From an uncultured virus (IMG/VR IMGVR_UViG_3300045125_000114) (Duplodnaviria > Heunggongvirae > Uroviricota > Caudoviricetes): 64,000 nt of DNA. Both the position numbers and the translations under genes were made by a program. The stretch lies in IMG/VR virus record IMGVR_UViG_3300045125_000114; one strand, written 5' to 3'. A model generated the notes under the pieces. The model had not been told where the DNA came from, searched no databases, and was given only the letters and a program-made list of their open reading frames with translations. This document shows positions 31,301 through 44,602 of the stretch, one piece after another (positions within the stretch are counted from its first letter, which is position 1; every line of letters begins with the position of its first letter).

Positions 31301-32549
31301 TTTCTTGTTGACTGAATTCTGTTGATGACATCGCTGGTGAGTATGGGGCCGATGCCGTGTGTCTGCAGCAGACTGCGGCGGTGTAGTACAGGTTGACTAG
31401 GTCTTTAAGTGTGACACCGACGCACGAGGGTATAAACTGGCCGATGGGTCGCCAGTCGATGAGTTTAGTGCTGGTGTATCCGTCCCACGAGAACAGGTCC
31501 GTGGCAAGGATTTTTTCTTCGGTTCGAGTTTGCGGTATCCCGTTGGGATTTTCATGACAGTTCCAGTTCGAGTTCTTGGAAGTCGAAGAGGATGCGTTTG
31601 GCGGTTTCGGTGCCGAACCTCTGTTCGATTTCCGTGCGTCGTTCGTGTGCCAGATCGGTTAGCGGTTGGCCCTGTTGAGATGTTCTTGGCGTAGCGTGTA
31701 GTCGCCGCTGTTGATGTAATCCTTGGTGTTACGGAAGCGGTCCGGCGAGTTTGGCGACGACGGCTTCGATGGGTTTGTGTTGAATTCGGCCAAGTGGTTA
31801 GTTTTGGCGGTTTGGTATTCGTTGGGCGTTTCGTTTTCGTGTTTGTCTCGGAAGGTCATGTGTCCGACCCATTCGGAGACGGTGGCGTTGTATTTGTTTT
31901 TGATATCGTTGAGGTTGTTGTTGCAATCTTCGACGGTATCAGTGCAACATGACGGTGGCCCCAGAGGTCTTGGTTGAATTCTGGGGATGTCCCACAGGGC
32001 GAGTTGTTCTGCGACCTGTAGGACGTGGTAGACGTAGGGTACTTGGCTCCCTTTACGGTTTTGCCCGTGTGTTGGAGTTGTACGGCTTCGAGGAAGGCTT
32101 TTTGTACTAGGTCGTTCATTGTGCCAGTTCGTTGTCGAAAATGGTGTAGTGGGGTCGTTCTGGTGTCCGACTGCCTAATGATGACGGCCCGGTCGCCGAC
32201 GGATCATCATTTTGTCGAGGACGATTTTGCCTTCTGGATGAGGGCATGAACGGATTCTTGTATTAAAGTGACTTCGCAAGTCGGCTTGCTTGTAGGTTTC
32301 TTTGCCTTTTTGTTCAAATCTTCGACTTCTTTGATGATATCGAGGACTGCGGAAACTGAGGTCGGATCGAAGGTCATTTTAGTTGGCTTTCATTTATCGG
32401 GAAGAAGGACAGGGCGAAGAGTACGAACAGGCCGATGCAGCCGATGGCGGCAATTTGTTCGGTATTTTCTTCTTGTTCTTTACAAAGGGGGCACTCCGGC
32501 GTTGTGGTGGCCGGGTGCCGTTTGTTTTCGCATCTGTATTTGACGCCCA

Positions 32550-33530
32550 TTACTGTGCCGCCGCTCCGACGGTAACGGTTTCGACTTTGTAGGGGTCGTG
32601 GTCTTCGACAACGGGTTTTTCGGGCCGGTTGTAGACGATGTAGCCGAATTCGGGTTCGAGCAGATCGCCGTTGAGTTTGCTGGTGAACAAGCCCTGATAC
32701 ATTTCGTAGTCGAGGTTGGTGTTCAACTGTTTGTAGCACACTTTGGCGATGTGCGTGGAGGAAGTTCTCGGAGAACCGGGGCCGGGGCTGTTTGGCGGAA
32801 GAATTCGGTGAACCACCCGAACAGTTCGGTTTGGGAGCCGGAACCGCATTCTTTGAGGTGGAACATTTTCTTCCAGGAATTCCGGGTCCGGGCCGTCGAA
32901 CTGGTTGACGATTTCCTTGAGGGTTTTGAGGCTGTTGGCAAAGAAGTCGTCGTGTCCGGGGACGAGTTTGGCGACGGCTTCCCAATTATCGACAATTTTC
33001 TGCCAGTCGTCTTGGGTGCCCCGTACATCGACGTAGGGATGCCACAGCAGAACATCATGTAGTTGTAGTACGGGCTTACCATCGGCGAAGCTGGCGTATA
33101 CGGCTTGTCGGGACCGTTCGGTGGTTGTAGAGAATTCGGGCAGGAACACGTCGGTTTTGGTGGGAACGACCCGTTTGATGGCTTCCATGAGGTCATTGAT
33201 GGGCATGACTTCGAGGTCGCCGCTTCGGATGATGATGTCTTGTTTTTGGTCGGGCGTGGTGGTGAACAGTTCGGCGTACTTTTTGGGTTCGTCGGCGACG
33301 ATCTGTACGAGTTCGCCGATGAGGGTGTACCACATGATGTCGGGGGTAAAAACGACGCCGTAGTGGTTGGCCCAAGCGGTTTCGAGGTACTCCATGTAGT
33401 TGGAGTGGTGGTAGTCGGCCGCTTCGAGGTTGTCTCGAACGGGCGCAGGAGGCGCTTGATCTTTTGCTTGAGCCGGTAGTTGGTTTCGTCGTTAGCGTGC
33501 CCGGCGATTAGTTGACTTTTTGTTCGGGGG
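32550..33530 (-). CDS. DUF4419-like protein (frameshifted, start approximate)
   Basis: AWANHYGVVFTPDIMW, FSTTT, CCGIP, VRGTQDDW motifs spread over frames. Confidence 0.6.
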
Positions 33531-35668
33531 TAGATCGGTACTTGGGCTTGTCGAGTTTGGCGATTGTCACTTGCATTTTCTTGCTCCGGTTTGGGTATTT
33601 TGCGAGAGGGCAGGTCCGGGAAGTACACACCCTTGCAATGTTTACAGACGTTTTGGTCGCCGTCCGGGGTTTTTATCCTGTAGAACGGCGGATTTATGTG
33701 ACACTGCCAGCAGATCACATTAGCCACCAAATGAGGACTAGAACAACAAGGGTAATGAGGCCGCAATAGAGCGAGTGTCGGATTGCGGCGTTCATGTGTC
33801 CTTTGGGCTTGCCGTCATCCATTGAAAGGCTGACGCCCATAATAGACAGCAGGACGTTGAGCGGCAAGCCCAACAGGATGACGAATACTGCGACGGTATT
33901 TTCGGCATATCGTCGCAGGTGCCACCATCGTGATTTTATGTTACTTTCCATATCTCGGCATTTCAATTCCGGTGGCGTTACTGATGTCTTTCAACAGTGC
34001 GAACACTTTGTTTTCAGTTTCTTGTGGCAGTTTGACGGTGCCCACGATGGCTTCGAGTGTGCCCATGCAGCGGGCGAGCAGCACTTGTAGGTGTTCGGGG
34101 TTCACTTTACTTCATCTTCTGGGTTTTTGGGGATTCAACGGGTCGGCCACCACAACCGCCAGCGGCAATCATGCGTTCCTTTTCCCGCTTGGCGTGTCCT
34201 TTGGGCATGTGGACTTTCAGCACATGCTTCCATTCGTAATATCCGCCGGGCCTACGACCGCCAGCATCGTACTTGGCATTTTTGTAGGTGGTGTATTCGG
34301 CCCACCCGTAGGGTGCGTCTTCTGGAAGGTCTTCGACTTCCTCGAAACCGTCACTTCCCCAAATGAGCGAATGTTGTTGACCGTCTGCCGTGGTGATGTA
34401 GCCACGTCCAGCAGTGCAGTTTTCGGACTGTTTGAGGAGGTAGGTCTTTACGACCGTGTCCCACCGTTCGGTCTTTTGCAGTTCCCATCGTGGGTCGTTG
34501 CTGAAATCCCAATCGCCGAAAACTGCACAAAGGGCAATTGTGACTGCGATAACAGCCACAAAGCCCAATTTGTGTCTCAGAGTGAGTGGCGGCTTCTTCG
34601 TTCATTTTGTTCCCCTTGTGGCTGAATAGTACCACGGGGAACGGGTTTGTAAACTGTTAGCCGAAGATCGTCTTCCGCCATTTCCGTTGGACTTCGTGGA
34701 CGTGGTGAACGTGACCGATTACGTCCTTTTGGCAATATTCATCGAGCCAAGCGGCCGGGATTTGCTGTGCCCGGTTGAGCAAAACGGCGGCTTCTCCCAC
34801 GGTACTGAAAACTTGGAAGGGAGCCAGTGGTCCGGGATGGTTTCGATGTTGTGGTTAGTCGCCAAGAAAATCGGCAGGATCAAACAGCGGGTGTGTCCGT
34901 CGTCAGCGGGCATCGACCAGCCTTCGCCCTTTTTCTCAGGGCGTGGTTCGGGCGTAATGCGATTTACGACCATCCAGTGCTTGTAAAGGCGGTGTTTCCG
35001 TTGGCCGTTATTCTTTACGGGTAGTAATGGTAGCCCGTCACCGCCTTGTGCTTGTTTTGGGCTTCAACCCACTCGAACACTTGCTTGAACCACTCGTTGG
35101 GATTTTCCCTGTTGAACTTGGGGCGAGGTTGCAACAGGGGAGCGGGTCTTCGTAGCAGAACTCTTCACGAGCTACAATGTCGCCAGCCAGAATCGGTTCG
35201 CCGATGGTGTGAATAAGGCACCTGTGGTTGAGGGTCGGTCGTTACACCCCTCATTAACCACAAGATGCCCGGTTTCATCCCGATTTTTTCTCGGATTGTC
35301 GCAAGTCGTTGATCCACTTGGAGATGCGATCTTCAATTCTGAACCCTCTTTTGGCTTTGTAGGGTTCGGGATTTGATTTTGGGCGGCTCTTTGAGGACTT
35401 CGAGGGTGAAGGCGATGATGTAGAGCCAAGCGAAGTAGGGCCACATTTAGTTTCCCCTGTCGTAGAGTGATTCACTGAGGTCCGGGTCTATTACGGTGGG
35501 CGGCGGCTTCATCGGCTATGAGCAGAAGCTTGTATTCCGGGCCGATGAAGAGATTTTCTCGTTCGTAAAGTGTTTTAGTCCATTGGGTTATGGTTTCTTC
35601 TGGCGGTTGCCGCTCGGAGTATATTGCGAAGGCCGAGCCGTAGCAGATGAGTGTGCCGACTAACTTCA

Positions 35669-36490
35669 TCATTCCTCCAAGCGTGCGTAGTGTCCCTTGT
35701 ACTGTTGCAACTTTTCTTCGGTAAGGGCTTCCTTATTTACAATGATATTCCCGTTCTTGTCGAAGATGGTGATCTTTTTGTCGGCGGGGTTAATCATGTC
35801 GTAGAGGTCGCCCGATCCGAGTGGGAAGTAGGCGGGTGCTTCGTAGCCCTCCATGCCCATGTCGGTGAAGCCGCTGATGGCTCCGGTGGCACCCATTGCG
35901 AGGCCGGTTGCGATATATTTGTGTAGTTCGTTCTGTTGGTTGTAGTATCTGACGAGTCCTTTGAATACATCGAGGTGTCTTTTGAGGGCATCGGCGGGCA
36001 TTTTGTCGAGGTCTTTGCCTTTGGTGGTGGGTGCGGCTTTGTGTACGACTCCTTCGGGCCACGGTTCGCCGTTGACCATTACGGTGTAAGTGGGTTGCAG
36101 CGGAATTACCGAGTGCCAAGTGAGCGGGTTGGTAATTTCGTAGCGGGAAAAAGTGGTCAGTACAGTAGTTACCACGGGTTTTGGGGTGAAGTCTTCGATG
36201 TTGTCGGACTTCCAGACGTTCATTTTGTAGCTACCGGACAGCACGACGAATGCTCCGGGCCACGGGTGCGGGTGGGAGAATGCTTCGTGGCTGTCGCAAG
36301 CCTCGAATTTGTGCAGGCAAATTCTCAGGCCGTTCGGCAGTTTGGTGAAAACCCGGTAGGTTGCCGGTTTGCGTCGGTTGATGATGAGGCTGTCCCACAC
36401 TGTCGGCGTGTCGAGCAGTGTGGGCAGGATTTCGAGAGCCTTGTCGAGTTCCGAGAGCATTTTTAGTTCCCTCTTGTGGTCCCTGTTCAT
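35669..36490 (-). CDS. Cupin-like domain protein (may be two fused ORFs)
   Basis: LHKF...HPHPWP...VLSGSY...WHSV metal-binding pattern. Confidence 0.55.
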   Translation of the reverse strand: MNRDHKRELKMLSELDKALEILPTLLDTPTVWDSLIINRRKPATYRVFTKLPNGLRICLHKFEACDSHEAFSHPHPWPGAFVVLSGSYKMNVWKSDNIEDFTPKPVVTTVLTTFSRYEITNPLTWHSVIPLQPTYTVMVNGEPWPEGVVHKAAPTTKGKDLDKMPADALKRHLDVFKGLVRYYNQQNELHKYIATGLAMGATGAISGFTDMGMEGYEAPAYFPLGSGDLYDMINPADKKITIFDKNGNIIVNKEALTEEKLQQYKGHYARLEE

Positions 36491-37012
36491 CAGATTTTAC
36501 CAAGTTTCGGGCCTTCGGCTTACTCTCTTTTGGCGAAATCGCTTCTCTAAGAACGCCGACCGCTTGAACGAGGGTGATGTGATCTTTGCGGGACAGGCTC
36601 AATTGGGAAACGGCGTTGTCAAGTGTTTCGAGGGCTTGTTGTGGGGTCATTTGATTTTCCTTTATATTGGCACTTCTAGGGCCGGATCGACTGCGGTGGC
36701 AAAATACAGGTCGTTTGCGATTGCGTAATCGTATATGGCATTGCTTATGGCGTCCGGTCAGTGTCGGGCCGTCGGGTGCAAGCTAAAACGAGTGTCGCCA
36801 ATTCATTTCCTGTTATTGTAAACGCCCTTTGGTTAATGTGCGAAGCTCCCGCATTGAAGGCGGCTTCGCTGACATATCCCTGAAGATATGACGTTGGCGG
36901 TCATGGTTACGACATTGATGTTTAACTGAGTCCATCTCCAGTAGGTGCTTGGGACGACAGTTCCAATGTAGGTTGTATAATCAGCCGTTACGAGTAGTGC
37001 CATATTGTTCCT

Positions 37013-40000
37013 TTAGTATTCTGCCGTCAAGTTCGCAGTGACCGAAACGAGGGCGTTAGTAGTCCAGTTGTTGGCCGAATTGCCAAAGCCCGTACCTTTT
37101 GTACTGGTTCCGGTCAGAGACACCGTGCCAGCACTTCCTGCGTTGACCGAATAAGAAGCACCCGCTTCAAGAGAAGGTGTTGTTCTCATTTCAGAAGGAA
37201 AACCGATAACGCCTCTGCCGTACATATTGTCACCGTTTTGAGCAACGCCGATGGCTTGGCCTGAATAAGTCATGTAATATCTGAAACACCGGTGCATTTC
37301 GTAATCGAAGGCAACTGGTGTATAGCGTGCCCCGGTCGCTCCGAGTGTTATAGCAACCTGACTCAAGTAGAACGTGTTGCTCGTGCTGTCCGTTCCGTTG
37401 ACTTGATTCGACGTTGAGAAAAAGTTTCCAGTTGTCCAAGACCCGGCCGTGGTTTGGTAAGTGCTTCCCCCGGCAATAGTGAAATACACTCTCAGTCCGA
37501 CGCCGTTGGTAATTTGCCAAACGCCATCGGTCAGCACCGGAGAAGCTGCTATAGTTACGGTTTTGTACTCCCATGTGTTTGAAACGCTGATGCTGTACTC
37601 TGCAACATAGCTCCTGTCGTTGCCAGAGTTGACGAACCCCACACAGTACGTTCCGGTTTTGAACGCACGAACCCAGAACGAAAGTGTGAACTGTTGCTGA
37701 GTTATGGCTTGGAAATCGTAGCCTTCTATGATGTATCTAATCGCAGTGTAATCATTGGCGGTAATAGACGCATCGGCCGTTGTGACCGCCAATTTGTAAG
37801 AATATAGACTGTAATTGCCAGATTGAGCTACAGTCGGGACTACTGTATTTTCTTGCGTTGCCGACAGGACGGCGGCACCCGAACAGATAACCGCCCACCG
37901 GTCTGCGGCGTAAGTTATCGCTCCGGTGATACCAGTAAAGCTCGTTCCCCGCTGCCAAATGTTGAAGTTGCCATTGATGATAATGTTGTTGATGGTTCCT
38001 GTAACTTTGGCAGCATTTACGTTGTCAATTGTCCAAACCGTACCCGAACTCGAAACAGTGATGTCACCATAATCTGCATCGGCTACGGTGGTGCCGCTCG
38101 CAGTGAGTGTCGTTCCGCTTACACTGAGTCCGGTTCCTGCCGTGAGCCACGTTACTTGTCCGGCACTATCGTCCCAGAACAGGATACGGTCGGCATTAGG
38201 GTCTGCAAGTGATGCCCCGGTGCCACCGTAGGCCAATCCAATTGCCGTTCCGTTCCATGTGCCGCTGGTGATCGTACCGACCGTAGCGATGTCGGTGCCG
38301 ATGAGTTTGGAGGCTGCAATTGAGCCTGCCAACATGCTGTTGGTTACAACGCCTGCGGCAATTGTTGTTGCAAAGCTACCCGTACCACTTCCCGTGACGT
38401 TCCCGGTCAAAGTGATCGTTTGGTCGCCGGTGTTGGTGCCGCTGCTTGTCCCGCTGATTGTGGCATCGCCGGACAAGGTGAGAACACGATCTGCATCACC
38501 GGTTGTGATAGTCAGAGTGTGGTCTGCTGTCAGGTTGGACCCGACAACGAGGCCGAGGGTGTGACTGGCGTTCGTGTCCAGTATTTTTACGCCACTGGAA
38601 TTTACAAATGTTTGAGCCGCACTCCAACTGTTGGCCCCGTCCAAAAGTGGAACATTGGTCCCGCTTGTGCCCGTGTTTTGTACTGCTGCCGTGCCAAGAC
38701 CAAGTGTAGTTCTCTGTGCTGTAGAGTCGGCATCATCGAGAATGGCCTCTACCGGCTGCCGTACAGGTAATTTCCTCTACAGTGGTGCCCGTTGCGTCAT
38801 TTCCTAGCAATACGTTTGCTGAAACGGCTTGCATCTTGGCAAAGGTTACAGAACCAGCCGCAATTGTTGTTGCAAAGCTACCCGTACCACTTCCCGTGAC
38901 ATCACCGGTGAGGGTGATCGTTTGGTCGCCGGTGTTGGTGCCGCTGCTTGTCCCGCTGATTGTAGCATCGCCGGACAAGGTAAGAACACGATCTGCATCA
39001 CCTGTTGTGATGGTGAGGAGTGTGGTCTGCTGTCAGGTTGGACCCGACAACTAGGCCGAGGGTGTGGCTTAGCGTTCGTATCCAGTATCTTCACGCCAGA
39101 ACTGTTTACAAATGTCTGTGCCGCACTCCAACTGTTCGCCCCCATCCAACAGTGGAACATTGGTGCCGCTTGTGCCCGTGTTTTGTACTGCTGCCGTGCC
39201 AAGACCAAGTGTAGTTCTCTGATCCCCTGCTGTGGCATCATCGAGAATGGCTCTACCGGCTGCTGTACAGGTAATTTCTTCTACAGTGGTGCCCGTTGCG
39301 TCGTTGCCGAGCAATATGTTTGCTGAAACGGCTTGCATCTTGGCAAAGGTTACAACGCCGGGGTCAATTGTCCAAACCGTGCCCGAACTCGAAACAGTGA
39401 TGTCGCCATAGTCACCATCAGACAAAGCGGCACCACTTGCGGTCAATGTCGTTCCTGTAATATTCAGGCCACTCCCCGCCGTGAGCCACGTTACTTGTCC
39501 GGCACTATCGTCCCAGAACAGGATGCGGTCGGCGTTCGGGTCGGCCAGTGCCGCACCGGTTCCACCATAGCCTAAAGCAATTGCAGTTCCGGTCCAAGTG
39601 CCACTGGTGATTGTACCGACAGTTGCGATGTCGGTCCCAACGAGTTTGGATGCTGCAATTGATCCTGCCAACATGCTGTTGGTTACAACACCGGCTGCAA
39701 TTGTTGTAGCAAAGCTACCCGTACCGCTGCCCGTGACATTTCCGGTAAGAGTGATGGTTTGATCGCCGGTGTTAGTGCCGCTGATTGTGGCATCGCCGGA
39801 AAGTGTCAACACCCGGCTTGCATCGCCCGTTGTGATGGTGAGAGTACGAGTTGCTGTCAGGTCGGACCCGACAACGAGGCCGAGGGTGTGGCTTGCGTTT
39901 GTGTCCAGTATCTTTACGCCAGAACTGTTTGCAAACGTCTGTGCCGCACTCTCAACTGTTTGCACCGTCCAGCAACGGAACGGTATTTCCACTCGGTGCC

Positions 40001-41346
40001 CGTATCCTTTATTGCCGTTGTGCCGAGGCCGAGGTTGCTACGGGCCGTTACGGGGTTTATGAGTTCGCTGAGATTGTTGGCGGCATTGCGGAATGAGCCA
40101 ACGTTTTGGGTGGCTATACTGCCCAATCCGAGGTTACTTCGGGCGGTTGTTGTGTTGGTTAGTTCGCTGAGATTGTTGGCGGGCTGTAGGAAGTCTGCCG
40201 CATCCATCGTAGCCAAGTCGCCCAATCCGAGGTTGTTCCGGGCGGCTGACGCACTGCCGAGGTCGTTCAGGTTGTTGGCGGCTTGCAGGAAGAACGTAAC
40301 GTCCTTGATTGCTGCCCCGCCCAATCCGAGGTTGTTTCGGGCGGCTGTCAGAACTACCGAGGTCGTTCAGATTGTTGGCGGCTTGTAGGAAGAACGTAGT
40401 GTCTTTGACGGCCGCTGTACCGAGGCCGAGGTTGTTTCTTGAAGCCGATGCACTGGCAACGTCGTTGAGGTTATTTGCCGATTGGAGGAAGAAAGCAGTA
40501 TTTTTTGTAGACGCAGTACCAAGTCCGGTAATGTCGGTATTGGGTATGGTGGTAGTTGCGAAAACGTTGCTCCCGTCACCTTGAACGTAGCCGACCAAAT
40601 CCGTATCGGTGTCTTCGCTAATGAAGGTTGGGATACTAGATGCGGTCCACTCTTGGGTGTCGGAGTGCCACTGTAGGAACTGGCCGTTGGCCGGTGCGTC
40701 CATTGCAATGTCGTAACCTTGCAATTTGTTTGCGTTCCATACGGCTTCTGTGTTGCCCACTTGAGCGGCGGTAACTCTGTGCGGGTTGTCCAGATCGTCT
40801 ATGTGTTCACGCCACACGGAGTCTTCAAATCCGAGGGCGGTAACGCCGCCGCCGCCCGAAACGGGTCGTTTTTCGTCGTCGTATCTCTTGATTACTGGTG
40901 TGAAACCGACCGGGATTACGCCGCCGTTGAATTTGTTTTGCGAGTAACCGTTGACTATTGAAGTCCTGACGAGCGACTGTTCGCTTTCCGGCACCACGAC
41001 TTCGACGCCTTTGGGCGGCTTTCTCGGCCTTTCCAGAGCGGTCGAATTAGCGCCGCCAGAAAGCTTGACTTTGCTGGTAGCTTTTTGCGTTGAGAGTGCG
41101 GGGGCCAGAGCGTTTTTGATGGTTTTTACGGTAACGCCATCATTTGTAAGCTTCTTGGTGACAGATTTTGTCTGTTGCGGGGCTACTTTGGCAACCCCTT
41201 TTGGTTCTTTTCTGGGTCTGGGCGTGGTAGAAACAACGACGCCGCCCTGATCCTGACGAACGGCTCCTTTTGGGAGTCGAGCCGCCGGGAATCAGGGCAC
41301 CTTTGACCGTTGTGGTCTTTATTCCGTCATTGGTTGTCTGTTGCAT
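37013..41346 (-). CDS. Long repeat-rich tail fibre / receptor-binding protein (several frameshifts; may be more than one gene)
   Basis: G/T/S/A-rich; NNLxxLxxxxxARxNLGLG repeats; duplicated SGTNTGDQTITLTG and ADPNADRILFWDDSAG blocks; C-terminal IINGNFNIWQRG...ADRW...RCFRYY domain. Confidence 0.8.
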
Positions 41347-41351
41347 CTACC

Positions 41352-41357
41352 TATTTA
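41352..41357 (-). promoter_or_regulatory. T4-type late-promoter-like TAAATA
   Basis: TAAATA a few nt upstream of the tail-fibre start; similar boxes at 28308-28314 (-) and TAGATA at 45590-45595 (+). Confidence 0.5.
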
Positions 41358-41776
41358 GAGCAGAATTTTTCCATTTTTCATATACGATTTCGGCCTCTCG
41401 TTCTGCCTCATCAATGGTAGTTGCTTTCAGTTGGTCGTGGTACAGTAGGATGTACCCGGAATTGATACCGACGCTATATTGTCGGATGCCGTCTTTAATG
41501 GCGAGAGACACGACAACATTGTTGCCGTCGATGGTTTTGGACGAGTAATCAATGGGTTCTTCCCCTAGTCTTTTCCACACGACATCTCTTCTTCTTTGTA
41601 AAATTGCTCGAAAGTTCCGAATCGAAATCCCAACCGATACATGCCGTATCCGATAGATTAAGGACAGATTAAAAGTGCAGCACCATCGGGAAAATTTGGC
41701 ATCGGGCATCTGACATCGGATGCCAGCGATGCAGAGCAAGAGCAAGAAGACCAAGAAATCGGTAGATAATTTCATT

Positions 41777-42280
41777 TTAACCTCCGAAAACGGTACACCA
41801 GTAGAGTTCGCCCTGTTCGTTGGCGGTGACGCCGAACCCGATGTAGTTGAAGTTGCGGTTCATGATGTTCTCACGGTGTCCGCTGCTGTTCATCCAGTCG
41901 TTGACGACTTGTTCGGGCGTGCGTTGGTTCCAAGCGATGTTTTCGCCTGCGGTATAGAACCTGTTTAGTTTCAGGACGTTGTCCATGTCCGAATGGTACA
42001 GTTTGTTTTTTGCGGGCCATGTTGTTGGCCCACTGTTGTGCGTACTGACACAGTTGCGGGTCGAGTACGAACCCGCCCCGTCCTTTCATCTCCCTCTGTT
42101 GGTTGTGCAGTTGCAGCAACCGCTGGTTGATGTCAATTACGGGATCATTGGGCTGTGGTTCCGGGCGCTTTGTGGTACGGCGGTTGGGGTTTACTGTCCC
42201 AATTGACGGGAGTGTAAGTGACCCTTCGGAGTTGCACCCGGCGAGGAACAGTAGGGCAAAGGGCAGAAGCTTAGTTGCAT
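41777..42280 (-). CDS. CAP/SCP domain lipoprotein (frameshifted)
   Basis: LAGC lipobox, LHNQQR, AGENIA, WMNSSGHRENIM, IGFG, YWCTVFG. Confidence 0.8.
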
Positions 42281-42289
42281 TTTCGCCCT

Positions 42290-42979
42290 TGATGGTTGCT
42301 TTTCTACTGCGGGCGTTGGCCTGCCAGATTTTACCAGATTTCAGATCAATTGCGGTGAGTCTTCCGCCCGCCCAAGCACCACATCCGGTGTCGATGCAGA
42401 CAGGTGGCCTGAGTCGAAGACCTGTTTTTGTACGGAGTGCCCACAGACGACGGTTTTGCCGCTCATGTGCCGGGGCCAATTGGGGTTGAAGCCGTTCCAC
42501 CGGAGGATGGTTTCGTACTGTTTGTCCATCGGCTTGTTGGGATCGCACCCGGCGTGGACGAAGATGTAATGTTCCGACTCGTGGTAGTCGGCACATTCGG
42601 CGACGAATTGCAGGTACTCTTCGGGGATTTCTCTGGCATTTTTTGCCCCGAACGATGCGAGGGTTTGGACCCCACCGAAGTGGCACCAGTATTCGTACTC
42701 GTCTTTGCCGCCTTGATAGGCTGCGACAATCATTTCTTCGTGATTACCGAGTACCTTGTAGACCGGGCAAACTTTGGCAATCGCTATGACCACATCGAAC
42801 ACTCTTGTGTCGGGTCCACGATTGCATAGGTCGCCGAGGAACACGAACGTGTCTTCGGGTTTGGGTGCGACATCGTGCATGACGACGCTGAGAATGCCGG
42901 AACAGCCGTGAACGTCTCCTACGGCGATGAGTCGGCCTTCAGGATTGGGGATCAAAGTCTTCATCGACAAATGTTCCAA
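42290..42979 (-). CDS. PPP-family metallophosphoesterase (Ser/Thr phosphatase-like), end approximate
   Basis: GDVHG, GDLCNRGP, GNHE, HAG, GHS; IDTG...LTA in the shifted frame. Confidence 0.85.
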
Positions 42980-44602
42980 TGAGTTCCATCAAAAGCTTGT
43001 TGAATTGTTGAGTTTTTTCTTGACCGCCCATAATGCGAGCCATTCTCCCGTCCCTATGTTTTGACATCTTATCGGAGCAGTAGCTTCTCTGAGAAACATA
43101 TACGTTTCCACACTCCAGCCGGGGGCCAGGGCAAGTTGTTCCAGTCCGGCGGGCCTGCTCACAGCATGTCGGAGAACACCTTTACAGGTGTCGAGGATTG
43201 CGTCCATCTGCGCGAACTTGTTCTGTGGGCGAATGTGTCGCAGGCCCGATTCTGCCGGGGGTAGTATCCCCACGCCCCAGATGCCGTTTGCAGGCGATCA
43301 CGTTTCCTTTTCGTTTTGGTCATGCTCACTAGCTCGTCAATTGATCGGTACTTCCTGATCTTTTTGGCGACTTCTGGTTCGTATGGATATTTTTCAATCG
43401 GGCAATCTTCATGAACTCTTCCCATGCGTCGGCCATGATGTAGAGTGCGATTGCCTCTTCATCGAAATTGTTTTGGAGGTATTTGGACGCAAGTTCCCGC
43501 TGTTCGATTGTCGTTTTGCGTGCGAGGAACAGTGGAACAGGGCGACCCATCCTCTGCCTCGTTCGTAGTCATCCTTACTGGTCGTGTATCGGTTGACGGG
43601 CCCATTTGTGAAACTCTTCCATGAAGGGCAATTCGTCATCTGGTCCCCGACCGTAGCAGAAGCCGGAAATGAAGGATTTGAACGTGTTAATGTTCGTAAT
43701 CCCCAAAACCTGTGCTGGTTTGGCGAGGACATAATTCATCGTCTGGATGAATGTTGGCTTCTTCATTTTTTTGACGTACTTTTCAATTAGTTGCTTGGCC
43801 TGTGCGTCGGGAAAAGCCAGCACATAATGAACGCTTTGCCTTCTTCTCGGTATGTGGGCGTCTCGGCGATGCGTTTGATGCCGATCCAAAGGCTGTGTTC
43901 TTTTCTGTTTTTGAGTGCGACCATCAGCCTTTGGACGTTGAAACCGAGCATCAGGCCGTTGAGGAAAACGAGCCACAGTACGTCATAGCACACGACACCG
44001 CAGAGCAGGTGGAGAGCAATGAAAAAGATGCGATCCCCGATGGGCGGCTTGGGGGCATTTCAGGTTTGGTTGCCATTTCGGTATCTGCGGCGGATGCCGT
44101 CTTGGAGTTTTAGGAGAAGTTGGTAAAACTGCTGGTCTTCCTTGAGCGATTCCCAAACTTGATCGTTGGCCTTTCCAGCTTCAGCTTCTCGCCTTCCTTG
44201 ATGAAGTGAAGCAGTTCGCCGCACCGGGCGCAGAGGGTGATGTCTCCCGGTTCGGCTTTTGGCGGGCTGTTGTCGTGATCGTGTTCTTCGGCAATTTCAT
44301 GGTGGCACCGTCGAGCGGGCCGTAGTCGCAGGTGGGGCAGTAGTCTTGGCAGTCAACCTTTCCGTCGCTTACCTTGCGCTTCTGTTTCTTAGGCCGACTC
44401 TGTTGATTTCCATCTTCAGTTTCTCAATGAATTCGACCGTCACGTTGGCGTCAAGGGCCAGCAAACGGTTCGGAGAGCCTTTGGAAAAGTTTGGGTGCAA
44501 CTCTGGGGAACTTGGCGACGATCTGCCCCTTTAGGTCTTTGGACTTGAGAGGCTTGTCGCCGTTCATTACTTCGATAACAATCCGATATTTCATTGATTT
44601 CC

